64,000 nt of DNA, taken from Trichoplax adhaerens (lineage: Eukaryota > Animalia > Placozoa). Position 1 is the first letter of the stretch. Each line of letters begins with the position of its first letter. The notes under the pieces are model-generated. The model was not told the DNA's origin and ran no database searches. It saw only the letters and a list, made by a program, of their open reading frames with translations. This document shows, piece by piece, positions 1-16,800 of the stretch. The DNA lies in the NCBI RefSeq assembly GCF_000150275.1, contig NW_002060977.1:129235-193234 (forward strand), given 5' to 3'. The position numbers and the translations under genes are program-made.

Positions 1-3000
1 TACTAATGTGACTTATTATGACTTTAAACGATGCTCGGAAAGTTATGGCTTGAATCGATCTGATAACATACTTTCGGGTAATGGCAGCATCGAAATTGAT
101 AGTCAAATGCTCAGGCCAGGAATACATTATTTTGTATCGTTACTGACCGAGAACATTTATTATTGTGGCTTTGGCTATCGTCAAATTATTATAAGTCGTT
201 CTAACGATTGTAGAGCACCAGGTAGTCCAGGTAATGTAAAACAGTGTAATGGCCATGGCAGTTGTAATGTAACTAGCGCAGATAATTTTTTAATCCGATG
301 TCAATGTGATAAAGACGCAATCGGTCGTTACTGTCAAGAATATAATGCTTGCTATGTAAATCCTTGCTCAAACAATGCTAGCTGTCATGACATCCAAGGT
401 GACTTTAATAGCTATGATTATAACTGCTCATGTCAAGAAGGTTATACTGGTAAAAACTGCTCAGATATCATTGATTATTGCCAATCAAACCCTTGTCAAA
501 ATAATAATCCTTGTGAACCCGCATTTAATGGCTACAGTTGTCGGTGTTCAATCGCTTATTATGGAACATATTGTGAACTGTATCAAGATTTATGCGTCGT
601 ACTGAATAATCCATGTAGTGATAAAGTTGGCTATCAGTGCGTTAGCAATCAAGGCTCTTACAAATGTATACGAGGTAAAAGAGTTTTTTTCACATACAAT
701 TTATCGGTATAATGCTTTTATTTTGTTTAAGATCTCCAGACTTCAAAAATTTGTTCTTTTCAATCAATCCTTACTATACAGTGCATTAATCTCGATTATA
801 GGCATAATAAATTATATTTTAGTTAATCGATATCAATAGCTTAAAATCATGATTACTGCGAAATCCAAGTCCTAAAAGAAATAACGATAGAATTGGCAAT
901 GATTTATCAATCTATGAATTAGAAAATAGATCTAGTTTAGTCCACATTGGAATTTGGTTTATTTAATTATGAAGCAATAGCTTCTTAGGCGTTCGTTTTG
1001 AGTGAATCATACTTTAATTTTAAAATAGAACATAAGGGGATAAAAGAAATAATGATATAATTGATTTGGAAATAGTGAATCAAATGATTAGAAAGATAAA
1101 CGTAGTTTTGTTCCGCATTTAAACTTTGACTTCTTTAATTGTTCGGTAAAATCTTTCTTAGAAGATTATTTGTATCCATAAACATTTCAACAATATCAAT
1201 CTGGCCTATCTCTCTATATATATATATAACAAGACAAATAATCAGTATTCTTATAGTATTTTATTAAGCTTAATTTTATTTTAATTAAAGATACATTCAA
1301 CTATCACGCCTAAATACAATCGCATTTTAATTATTATCTTCCTGTCACTGTATCTTATCTTAAAAATGCTTAAGAAAACCGCCTTGATGCTCACTCATCG
1401 TAATATTTTCTTTCTCTATTACTAATTAATTTAGTTGCCGTTCCAGTATCCGTACAATTTTATCAAGTTCACCCGTCATGTTCATTTTATCGCAATGTAA
1501 GTCGGAAATTCTATCCAAGTAGAAATAATACTGGATAAACTGAACTGTTTAAAAATGTTACCATGTTTATAAAAAAAAACTCAGAAACTATTAATCGTAA
1601 TCCTAACCATCGCAATAACAGAGTTTCGATCCTTATTTACTATATTTACTTTGCTCGTTTTCTTTCTCGTAGTTGTAATAGTAGCTGCTTTCTAAGATAC
1701 ATTATTTTATAGCCTAAATCATTGAACAAATATTTTAATTGTTACGTTTTCTTTTAGCTATTTAGAAAATTCGTTATTACATCAGGATACGTCTCAATAC
1801 AATTTTTGCCCTTTCATAGCGGCCTAAGTTTAAAGCCATTAGCTTTTTTCCTTAAAAGCATATTTAGGAATCGCAAAATTAGAAGGCCCATTTCGCTAGA
1901 GTTAAATTACATAACACCTTAAAAATAGTTTAAAATGTAGCAATAAATTGCTCGTCATGATTTTTAATAACTAATCCTTGTTAATGCTGATTAAAAGAAT
2001 TTAAAAGTAGTTTTCACGATTTTCTACGACTACAAACTGCTTTAACTGTGGTATTTATTCGAAATCTATTGCCATGGCTATTGTTGAGATGGAATATTTA
2101 CCAAACATGTGCTAATAGCAATATCTTTTATTTTGCATGTTGTGACTGAAGACTCTTGCGATCTGCTACTTTTACTGCAATATTTAATGAGCTACCGCAC
2201 TTCCTCTATTATAGAATCCACAGCAGCTATATACCGAAATGATTGCCAATATTCAGAAACATTGTAATTGCAATTTTACGGATGTAGACCTTGGAACTAC
2301 AAATGATAGCATAATCTGCATATCTGAATCGGACATGCTTTATAATGTTACCATGTATTCGGTCAGTAATATTTCCGTAGAGAATTTGCTATGCACTTTT
2401 AAGCAATGGACTGGGCCAGGAAGCCGACTAGAAATTATTGAGCCACAATTATTAGTGTGCTCGATAGAGTATGCAGCCCGCCTAACTAAAACTGAAGAAG
2501 CCTTAATTGGTATAGGCGCTGCTGTTTTTTTCGTCTTAGTCCTTCTTCTATTGGTTTGGATCTTTATGCGTATTCGTCGTAAGTTAGGGGGCTCAAAGTA
2601 AGTCGATTTCGAGAAAAATTATTCAAGTTCGACATTCTCTAATTAATCATGAATTGACAATTTAAGATTGAAATGATCATTACCTTACTATAATAGTAAT
2701 ACTATGTTTTTTTAATATTAACATTCCAATACTGTTGTCGACTTCATCATCATATCGTAATGATTGATGCTCTTGTAAACCTATGAGATATACCCGTCAA
2801 TTAGTATAGTACTATACTGCCGTGATAATTCAGTAATAGAGAAAATTTATTCAGAAGTCTTAAAAATATTTCTGATTTTGCATGTATATCAAACTGATTT
2901 ATGATAGCATTACAGCTGACATATGCACTAATACTACAAATTCAAGTAAACCAAGTTTTTGACATATTAACTAATTGTCATCTAGTATTATTCTAAGATA

Positions 3001-3651
3001 GCTCATGTTAATCATTTGAACCAAAATTATAGTTAAATCCTTTCTGTTAGATGTCTTTAATACAAAGTTTTTTCCGTCTTAAAATTTAATATTATTTGCA
3101 TATAGGAATATTACATTTTCAATGTGCAAGCGATTAAATAGTACAGCAAATATATTCCACAACAATTTGCTTTCCATTAATATCCAATTTAATCTATGCT
3201 TTTATTTCTGTTGAGCTATATGAAAGGGCGCAAACGTACTATAACAACAGCGTTAATCTTAGACTATTAATGAGTAATTACTACCTATAATATTATTTAA
3301 TATATGTTGCTTTCTCGTTGTAGGTCTGTCCCAAGACAAACTCATCCGAAAGAGTCGATACTTATTGCAAGAAAAAATTTTTCGGTTACTCCTGCAGTAA
3401 CCGAATTTGTTTCAGTTCAAAAAAGAAATGGGAATTCTACAACTTCTGTTGGATTACCCAGTGCTGGCATACATTCTGGTGCTCATGATAACCCACATCA
3501 TGAAAATTATGAAATGTCTCATCTAAATAATGGAAATCATCATGGCAATCAACCAAAAATTACAATTACTCCAGATACCGAAGATGCACCGACTAAACTG
3601 CCTGGAAGTCACACCAACAACAATTTTGATAACCATGATCGATTAGTTTAA
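1..3651 (+). CDS. 5'-partial type I membrane protein: cupredoxin-like/EYS N-terminal module + 3 full EGF repeats + 1 truncated EGF + SEA-like stalk + TM + cytoplasmic tail ending DRLV. Exons <1-674, 1435-1496, 2215-2597, 3324-3651
   Basis: EGF Cys spacing (CNGHGSC..CQC..GRYC; CYVNPC..GKNC; CQSNPC..GTYC). GT-AG junctions join in frame (phases 1, 0, 2). Hydrophobic ALIGIGAAVFFVLVLLLLVWIFM is followed by the stop-transfer RIRRK. Confidence 0.85.
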
Positions 3652-5525
3652 GAATTCCATGTTTACAACTCAGCATACCGTAATTCTAGATATAAGCAAT
3701 TGGCTTGGAACAGTTTTAGCGGCCAAAATCATTTTTAATCATTTTAATTATTTATTTTGTTATGATAATCATAAATGTTGAACTTAGCATTTGTAAAGAT
3801 GCTGAATAATTAATTATTTTTTAATGCCGATATTTTAACCGAATAACCTGTAATATGTGCAGTAAGTAAAGTAAATTAAATTGAAGTCACCGAGAATCAC
3901 AAAATAATTTTTACTGGTATAACAGCAGTTGTTACCGAATCTCATGCACAATCGGCATTAATGATAATAGTTTAGCTTGCACTCTGACAAATTATGGTTT
4001 AGCTCTATATATATAATTTCAACTAGTATGACCAATTTAATGCCAAAATATTCGTTGTACTTTGAGTAACCCTCGCAAATAAGTTTATCACCTAATTTTG
4101 ATAAGCTATTCATTTGCATAGATTATATTTTCGAACAGAAATCACGTTAATCGATTGTATATCAATCTAGAATGTAATTTAATCATTTTACTAGTATTAT
4201 AAAAATTATTTACGTGCATAATTCTGTCAATAATCTTCATAAGTCATAGCACATTATTCACGAAGTGTAATAAAAAATCTCTTGAAAAAATTCTTAGAAA
4301 TGATATTATTGACATTCCGTACGTCATAACTTTCCTGCTATTTTAGCCAGTTAATAGTGTAAATATCAGTATTACGTCATATGCATCACTGAGTCACTGC
4401 AATGGAAAGTACCTTTGAAACGGAAAAAATTTTCTTGCGCATATTCTGTATCCACTTAAGACAATACAGCTATGAGTTCAGGGAAAATTCTACCGATGAC
4501 TTAACACGAATTAACAGACACACTTAAGCCAAATGGCCAACGCAAAAGGCATACAGTATAAATTGAATTTATGCAGACATAGATATTGTTGCTACTTTGA
4601 TGTCTGCTGGAAAATGAAACTTAGCCACGATGATTTACTGTATTCCTCCCTTCCCATTGTTGCAAGGTAGTAGCTATTTATATTGAGGCAAGCTACAGTT
4701 CCTCTTGTCCAGGTTAACGTTAAAACTGTTCTTTTTATGGTTATTAACAACTACGTTGTTATAGTTAAATAATGATGATCAATTGAACAATTATTTTACC
4801 CGTACTGCAACGAGTTCCTAATGCATAAATGATTTACGAATTGCAATCATCAGAATAGTGGATGGTCTAAATTTTTTATGTATACCAGATTGGTCTCTAA
4901 GTTAATACTACTACTACTACTACTAGCATATTGAACGAAAGCCACATACCATTTGATAATGCCTAAGGGCAATGAAATCTTGTATATTTCTAATGACTAC
5001 GCGGAAATATCAATTAAAGGAACTCTCTTCCTCCGACATCACATCACAATAGCAACCGTGATAACCTGTAGCATATAGATTAATTCCAATAAATGGCTTC
5101 TACTAACTGTACTTTGCTGCTAATAATTATGTTACGACCAAAGTTACTTTAAAACTCCCGCTATGCAGAATATCCGGGTATCATCATAACCTTTAACGTC
5201 AGTGCACTTTCTTAGCAACAAGCCCTAGATGGTTCATAACTCAACTACTCCGGCCGAGTGTGTCAGATAATAATCACCATACATAAATTTGTAAATTCCA
5301 TGCAGTACTACCTTTATGGAAATTAAATACTGTATACATTTCATGAGTAAATAAAAAGTGGGAGCGAACCCACTAACTTAATTTATTACGATTACTAGCA
5401 ACATAAGCTATTATAATGAGTACAAACCACAGTCATAGCAAAATTGAGTAGATAATATTAGTCTATAGCAAGGCTATCCTGGCAATCCAAATTTTATACA
5501 ACAATTAGATGAACTTGTATCCATA

Positions 5526-9613
<4,088 letters not shown>

Positions 9614-9674
9614 TTCTTCCAAAATCAGACAGATTTAGCGATCGATGAACTACGCATGCTTATGTAGTACCATC

Positions 9675-9730
9675 TTATACAGTGTACAGTACACGGCAGT
9701 ACTGTACTGTACCGTACTGTACTGTACTTG
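9675..9730. repeat. Mixed TACAG/TACTG/TACCG unit array just upstream of the SDHA start
   Basis: tatacagtgtacagtacacggcagtactgtactgtaccgtactgtactgtac; further short runs near 10247-10266 and 10620-10650. Confidence 0.85.
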
Positions 9731-10296
9731 CGGACCTTGATCTTCTTCTTCTTCTAGTACTCCTTGACAGCACTGCATTTTTACCTACTTTACTGCCTGA
9801 ATGGTAGCTAACAGTAATCGCTAATGACAGATAGAGTTGAGTTCCTACAGCGAGATCCATTCTACGGACTGCACTGTATTATATAAACGTACAGTATGTT
9901 CAATTTTGTAGAAAGACCACTAGATTAAAAGGGAGGGACTGTCAACAACAGTTAACTGTTCATGGCGCAGAATGTTTAAGTTGACTACTTTACTAGTCAT
10001 TCGACTGTATCGAAAGAGTATTCAGGCACGGTACAACGTGCCTTGCGCAACCAATTTTCGTTATGAAGTGTTTTAGTAACATTTTCCAAAGCTTGAAATA
10101 ACGGTCATCATGGTCAAAGTACACACTCAGTTTTATTCGTGCATTTGTGATGGAGGTGGATGATTATATAGTTGACACTATCGTGGTAAAAGAAAACCTC
10201 CATGATAGAATTACACTTTGAAACACGAGTAATTTGGTCAAGATCCTGTACTCTGTACAGTCTACAGGCCCAGTAGTTGAACTATCTGCACATACT

Positions 10297-10490
10297 TAGG
10301 GTGTCCCATAAGTCTTTCCCGGTGATTGAAATTATATGGAATTATAATTTTAAGTCCTTATTCCATAAATTTGGTATCACTTGATTGGAAATAAGACGCT
10401 TTATCCGAATATGTAATTTAAATTGATATAAAATGAGTTAAAGTTACGAATATTAGCATTTCAAGCCCAAAATACTTCTATACTATACGT
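10297..10490. mobile_element. Probable decayed Tc1/mariner-superfamily end/MITE remnant
   Basis: Begins tagggtgtcccataagtc, resembling the CAGGGTGTCCCA-type terminal inverted repeat of IS630-Tc1-mariner elements (recalled). No intact partner end found. Confidence 0.4.
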
Positions 10491-10743
10491 GTATGACAGT
10501 ATGCAGTAACTCTGTACTTTATTATTTATAGTGCAGTCTATTCCCACCATGTTATGTAACACTATTAAACGGACAGTATCGCACCGGACCGGGTTGCAGA
10601 TAAATTACGAGCTCTTTGTTGTACTGTACTGTATCGTACCATACAGTACGTGCTGTAGGAGCCTATTGAAGTCATAGCCATGATAGAGGCATGGACTATT
10701 AAGTTAAAAGAAAGTCTTCTGTTAGAAGTCCTTGCACTGTATA

Positions 10744-10838
10744 CGGCAAGCAATAGTAAAACTTTCTTTTCATTTTTGCTTTACAGTACTGTATAGCAAA
10801 AAAGAAAATAAATAAGAAAGTTTTACTATTACTTGCCA
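10744..10838. mobile_element. ~95-bp palindromic MITE flanked by TA...TA
   Basis: cggcaagcaatagtaaaactttctt ... aagaaagttttactattacttgcca form near-perfect inverted arms. TA at 10742-10743 and 10839-10840; tacagtactgta at the centre. Confidence 0.7.
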
Positions 10839-13800
10839 TATACAGCACACAGTACTACGAAATCAAAGTCTGACTTAAGTTTGAGGATGCTGTGTCGCCC
10901 GGCAAGGGCTGCTTTTCTTGCCATTGCTGCGGAATTCTGGAAGACTTTTTAGACTATAGATTGCTTACTAGATCATTGAACAGGAATGGAATAAGATTGA
11001 CGATATCTTATTCTGCTGTGCCTGCTATAGTTCACAATAAAGTTGCCAAACTGAATAGAGATCAAAAATCTGCTGTACTTGAAAGTTCACACTCTATCAA
11101 TATCATTTTCGCCTGCCGCGAATGCTTTACTGTCGGTAGATTGAGTCAAAAATACAGTACTAATAATAGAGATGGATTTCATCCACGACGATGGTAATAA
11201 ATCAGTTTTTATCACTAACTTCCTATTAGTTAATCCACGGACTACTGAAAGTCTATGGTTAATTTAATCAATATTTCATTAATTATCTTTCTCCAATTTT
11301 AAGGATTAAAGCGTCCGCATTGCTAACGGCTGAAAGAGTTACCGTAAGATGTCAAAATGCATATTTAACGAGTAGCACGTATAGTACTAATAAAATATCG
11401 TGCTTCACTTGCTTTTAGTCGGACCTTTAGTTTACACCGCTATCATAGCAATTATGTCTGACTGTGCTTAAGGCTAATTATGGACTTCAGATCTTTCACA
11501 CCTGAGAATATTACATAGAAAAAAAAAATCGGTTCTCCCTATTCTCTTTATAATTAATTAATTAATCCACTGGCCTAACAGTAGCTAATACGTAAGATAG
11601 AATAGGCAATGGCATTTCCAAAATAGATGAGAATTTAAATTTGAATCTAATCAAATCCATAATATTAACCCATGTAGCAACGCAACAATGACACTAATTA
11701 AATCAGATAGAAAGCCAAAGCCAACTAGAATAGTCAATCTTATGAAATTTGTCTTGTCATGTTGTCATCATCGCTCCAAATATTGAACTATTACTTGAAA
11801 TTATTATTGGCCCATTGTAAGCATTGAGAGAATTAAGCATTCCGTAGAATAACATCGCTCTTACTTGTATTAGCCACACTTTAATTTCATAAATATATAT
11901 TTGCGATGGGATTACTAGTTAATATATTGTTCGCTTACACAGTAGCAAATAACAATTAATCTAGCTTTGTCCATAATGGATTGCTTGTTTATTCTTATTC
12001 ATAACCTTTAACGGAGTCTTTTAAGGGATTTAACTACAACTGACCGTCTGATTATAACTATAATACAGATATCACTTCTTATAAATGAATTATTCAAGGA
12101 CAGTTCTCCAGCTGGAACAGTCCTACTTTGTTTTTTATTATGCTCTACTGTAATTACAACAGTTGCACTTTCAAAGATATTTGATGTTATTGTTGCGACA
12201 GCCTCAAGGCATATTGCAACCTTTAATGAAAGTATATAATGGGCAAACATTTGGTAAAATAAATATAATAACGTATTAACATGACAGTCGGTAACAAAAT
12301 ATCCAATGACAATATTATCCATTAGCCTATATTAAACTCACTTTTAAAGCGATTATAATAGATTTTGTATTTCAAAAAATGTTCCACGATAGAGTATTAG
12401 CTTATAGAGCAAATTCAAGGAAAGTTTTTTGGATGCTATCTAATATAATTGAAATAATAAAAAGTCTTCTAGCCGCATCTTTAAATGATAACAGCTCTAA
12501 TATAAATTTCAGTCTGGAACAGTATATTTCGCCTACAAATGTCTCTTCATATACAGTATACTATTATTTAGCAATTAATTAATATTATATATACATATAG
12601 GATTAACTTTAATTATAAAATGATTAACAACTGCATACTTACGTAACTTCAGAGTGCTGTGAAATGATGTAATTGGTTACTCATTTAAATTATATGTAAA
12701 TTATAAACCAATTTTTTAGATATACAGTAGACTAATTTATTCTACAACCAGTAAATCATTTTAACGCAGATGATGATGTGATATTATCGCCAACAATGGA
12801 TAACTCTAAGATATACGTTATATGATTATTCAACGGTGATTCATCGATGACTTAATCAACCATATGGAATAAGAACACACCATTGCTTATCCTACCTATT
12901 TATTTCGAACAATAAGTGACAAATAGCTATAATTAGGATGAACGATTAGTATTATCGAGAGTATCAACAACCTAATCTAAAAATAAATTTTTTATCTATG
13001 AAATAAATCGGTACAAGAATAGCAATTCAAAGGCAACAGTAGACCAGTAGATGTTATGTTGATATTACTTGCCGCATTTGTAACAATGGGCAGATGATGC
13101 CATCTTGAAAGAATCTTTGTACAGCAAATACAGAAAAGAAACGTTAACAGTATTTTTTAGCACTTATACTACAACCAAACGTTTGATTAGCTTTAGTGCT
13201 TGCTTTAAAGCTAGAAAATGAAAATAGATATTGATTCATATTTAATAGTCCATGGCCTAAAGTTTTTAATTATATCCTTGATAGTTATGGCTCTTTTTAA
13301 TTGTAGTAATAAAGTGATTAGATCTACAATTTATTTTTTTCTTTGAATTTATGTTTCTTTGAAATAGAAATGAACTCTAACTTATCTTGCTATTTCCCAA
13401 TTCAATAGACCTATGCTTGAAAATATTCTGAAGTATATGCCAGTTATCAGATCTAATGTAAAACCTGTATTACATTACTAATAAACCTCCAAAATATGGC
13501 TTATTTGCCGCTAAAGATATGGCTTAGTTTTTAGCTTAGGAATCAAGTGCGCTTATAAGGTTAGCAACAAGGGAAAAAATTTACAAATTTATTACAGGTT
13601 CAGGATTGCTCGAGATAGTATAGAGGGAATTTTATTGATCATTATACTATTTATTTGTTCGTCTTCCTGACAATTAGCTCATACCATTGAAAATCTAAAT
13701 GGAGATCCAACAGAAATTGACTCTGTTGATCATATTTCTGTTTTAATCATTATCTAAAATGTAATTTACCGTACAACTAGTACAGGATACAAACACTTGC

Positions 13801-16800
13801 CACTGTATCACTTAGACTGCCAGTGTTAATAAGCACATAGAAATTGATTAACCGAAGTCAGATATTAAAGGAAAAATACGGAGGCTTAAAATAAGCTGTA
13901 AGATTATTAATAATTATAAGTATTACGTAACTTTGTATAATTTTTACCATTTTTTAGCTTGTATAAGTGTGTATAAGAAGAAAATAATAGCTACATAATA
14001 GTGATTATGCTAAATAATTATTGATTGAGTAAATATTTTGCTATTATAATTGACTCAGCACAGTATTACAGTTAAAAAATTAGGATCGCTACAGGTGTAC
14101 GAAATTTAATCACCACGAATCCTTTACACTTTCTTTTAATTTTAATGAAAATGCGAGTGATAGATATTTTTTATCAGTTTTGCCGATTATTACCCAGCAA
14201 CTATAGTACTTCACGTATTCTTACTCGAACTTGACTGTACGAATAGTTTAGCTGATGCACGATATAACAACATTATAAAATAACATTGCGTTGCCACTCG
14301 AATTTAGTTATGTGAAATATCACAAATTTCAAAATCATTGCAGATATACTTTACTGTATTATTAGTACTGCAAGATATTGCTATTACCTCCGTCAAATCT
14401 TAGAGTTTTTTCAAGTGCTATATGCTAGGGCCATTTGTGGCTGTAGCATCCAATGCAAACTCTCCATTTCCCATATATTATTATATTGATATATTTAACT
14501 AGAGAAGAATAGATCTTTTCTATAGTTAGGCAAGAACGTCAAATTTTTCGTGTTGTAGAAGTAGCTAATCTGTTCCATCATTACGACAATAAAACTAAAG
14601 TGACTCGTAGTAAAGGTACGCTACAGAATCATGATAGAACTGGCCTTTGGTGCTTTTATGTATAGGAAACGACTTATTATTATTATTCATGCAAGTAACA
14701 GTTCTACTCGACCAATTTATGTTTCCTTAAAATGGTTAGATATCAAATAATTTACTTAAAGGTCATTTATATCTATCGTTGGATTAGTAGTATTCTAAGA
14801 AGTGTGTAAAAGCTAGTAGATAAAATCTATTTAAACGATTGGACAAATTAATAAAAGTTAGTTCTTAGCCCCTAAGGTTAGAAGTATAACGTAAATCGAA
14901 GGCGTACGAATTATTGCGAGATCGTAGATTCGATCACAACATTATCTTGTCACACGGGAGTTTGTGACGCAAGGATAAAAGGATCTAAAGCAACTTGAGC
15001 TCTGTTGCAGTTCACGTTAAAATTATTTATTTTATATAGAAAAGAGGAAAGTATGAAAGAATATGAAATGACAGCATTAATTGACGAGTAGTTACTCAAA
15101 TGCGAACTCTGATTGGTTTGTTAAGAATATATTCACGGTCAGATGACATGGCCAATATTTATGATCAACAGAATTAAAACTTGTAGAAGTAGGATACAGT
15201 AATTGATTACGAAATTTATTACAAAAACAATAATTATTCTATCGATGAGAACGACTCAGTAACCTTCCTACAGTATTTCGTTCAATATTGCTGAAATATT
15301 TTGATGCTGCGAAATTTTAGTGCAGAGACACAGTGAACTCAATATCATAATCCGATATAGAGATGATACTAGCATACATATGTTGCGCGACAGTTTGTAA
15401 TAACAGCTATTGATTATACTTGATACCTAAAATTAAGCCAAGATGATTATTCAATTGGAATAAAATAGGTATTTAAAAATGGCAAGCATGTATGACAAGA
15501 AGATATAATTACCAATATAGGAGAGAAAAAGTCCGCGGTAAAACTTGAATATATTCAAAGCGTTAGCTAATCATAATGTAGTTGAGACAATAAGAGGAAG
15601 AAGGAGTGCTAAAAGGTTCCATTCGGAATCATGAAAAGAAAGTAATTACTAACTTTATAAGACTTCCGTTCTCGACGGTTGAAAGATTTCAATTATATGT
15701 CTATTCTCTAAGGGCACACATGCTATTCTTCCCTTAATTCCTCGAGAATGAACTAATTTCATCTATATTGAAATGTTTAAGTTTACAACCGAGTCCTATA
15801 TCTTCCCAGGTAGCTGAAGGCTATAATAAACAATAATCAAATCAGTTCTACTGCTGCATTGCCTAAAATACCGTATAAAACTGAACTAATTGAATTGATG
15901 CCATTTTATTTTAGAAAGTCTATAAAAACATAATTGGATTGGAGAGAAAAGTATTAGACCGATTGATATACGAATAATAAAATCATAAAGGCTGCAATAC
16001 TACTGTAGTAATTGTTTTCCACGTACAGAATAGGAAGCGGTCTAGACTTTAGATATTATAACTACCAAAATGAGCTATTATATCATTTGTTTCGAGAAAT
16101 ACTGGTAAAATATGGCACGATCGCGCCTTGAATAAAATAGTATAATTATTAAAATAATTACTCGCATATATATTATCTTCACCCTAACTCCTCAATACAT
16201 TCCAAAATCTATACAGAAACATGGGCTCAGAAATCTGCATTTATTAATTAAATATTAACCAAATCGTATAACCAAGAAATGTGTAAGCAAAATATATGCC
16301 TATCCAACAGAAGAAATCTTTATCTAAAAACAGCTTAATTTATCATGGCGTGGGATTCAAATCAAGTTTCCATCTGTACTATTGAAGGGTTAAGTTGATT
16401 GTTTTTATATTCCCAATACTGCCAAGCCTCTTTCTATCATATTGATTGCTGCAGCACAGTAGAGTTTTAATGGATTTATAAGTGAGTAGCCACAACAAAA
16501 ATAAATCTCCTGTAGGTTTCAGTTATAAAAATTTCACACTTAATGAATTGTTTAAACCATAAATACTGTAGAGTTGTAATCAGAGTCTATAGAAATCGAG
16601 TACTATTAATATATAACTTGAGAAATTTTTTTAACTAATTGGAAGATCTTAATAGTTGCTAAACGAAAACTGAAACGAAAACAATCTGCAAAATCATCAT
16701 ATTATCTTTCTGGATAATTGTTATTTTTAGATACCTCAATATAAAACTTAGATCCTGCTCGATTGTATTACAAGAGAAATCCTTCAGAGAGAGAACAGAA

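Noticed and set aside
1-3651. Notch, Delta or Crumbs orthology for the EGF gene
   Set aside because: No DSL, LNR/ankyrin or LamG domains in the visible part and no Crumbs FERM-binding motif.
9765-9785. CAGTGC loop upstream of SDHA as an iron-responsive element
   Set aside because: Flanks do not form the required 5-bp upper stem with a bulged C.
10892-12322. ORFs 10892-11197 (+) and 12008-12322 (-) as genes
   Set aside because: No recognisable domain or consistent multi-exon model; a lineage-specific or non-coding transcript cannot be excluded.
14910-15010. tRNA T-arm-like string and adjacent hairpins
   Set aside because: No cloverleaf or A-box; stems are short and imperfect.
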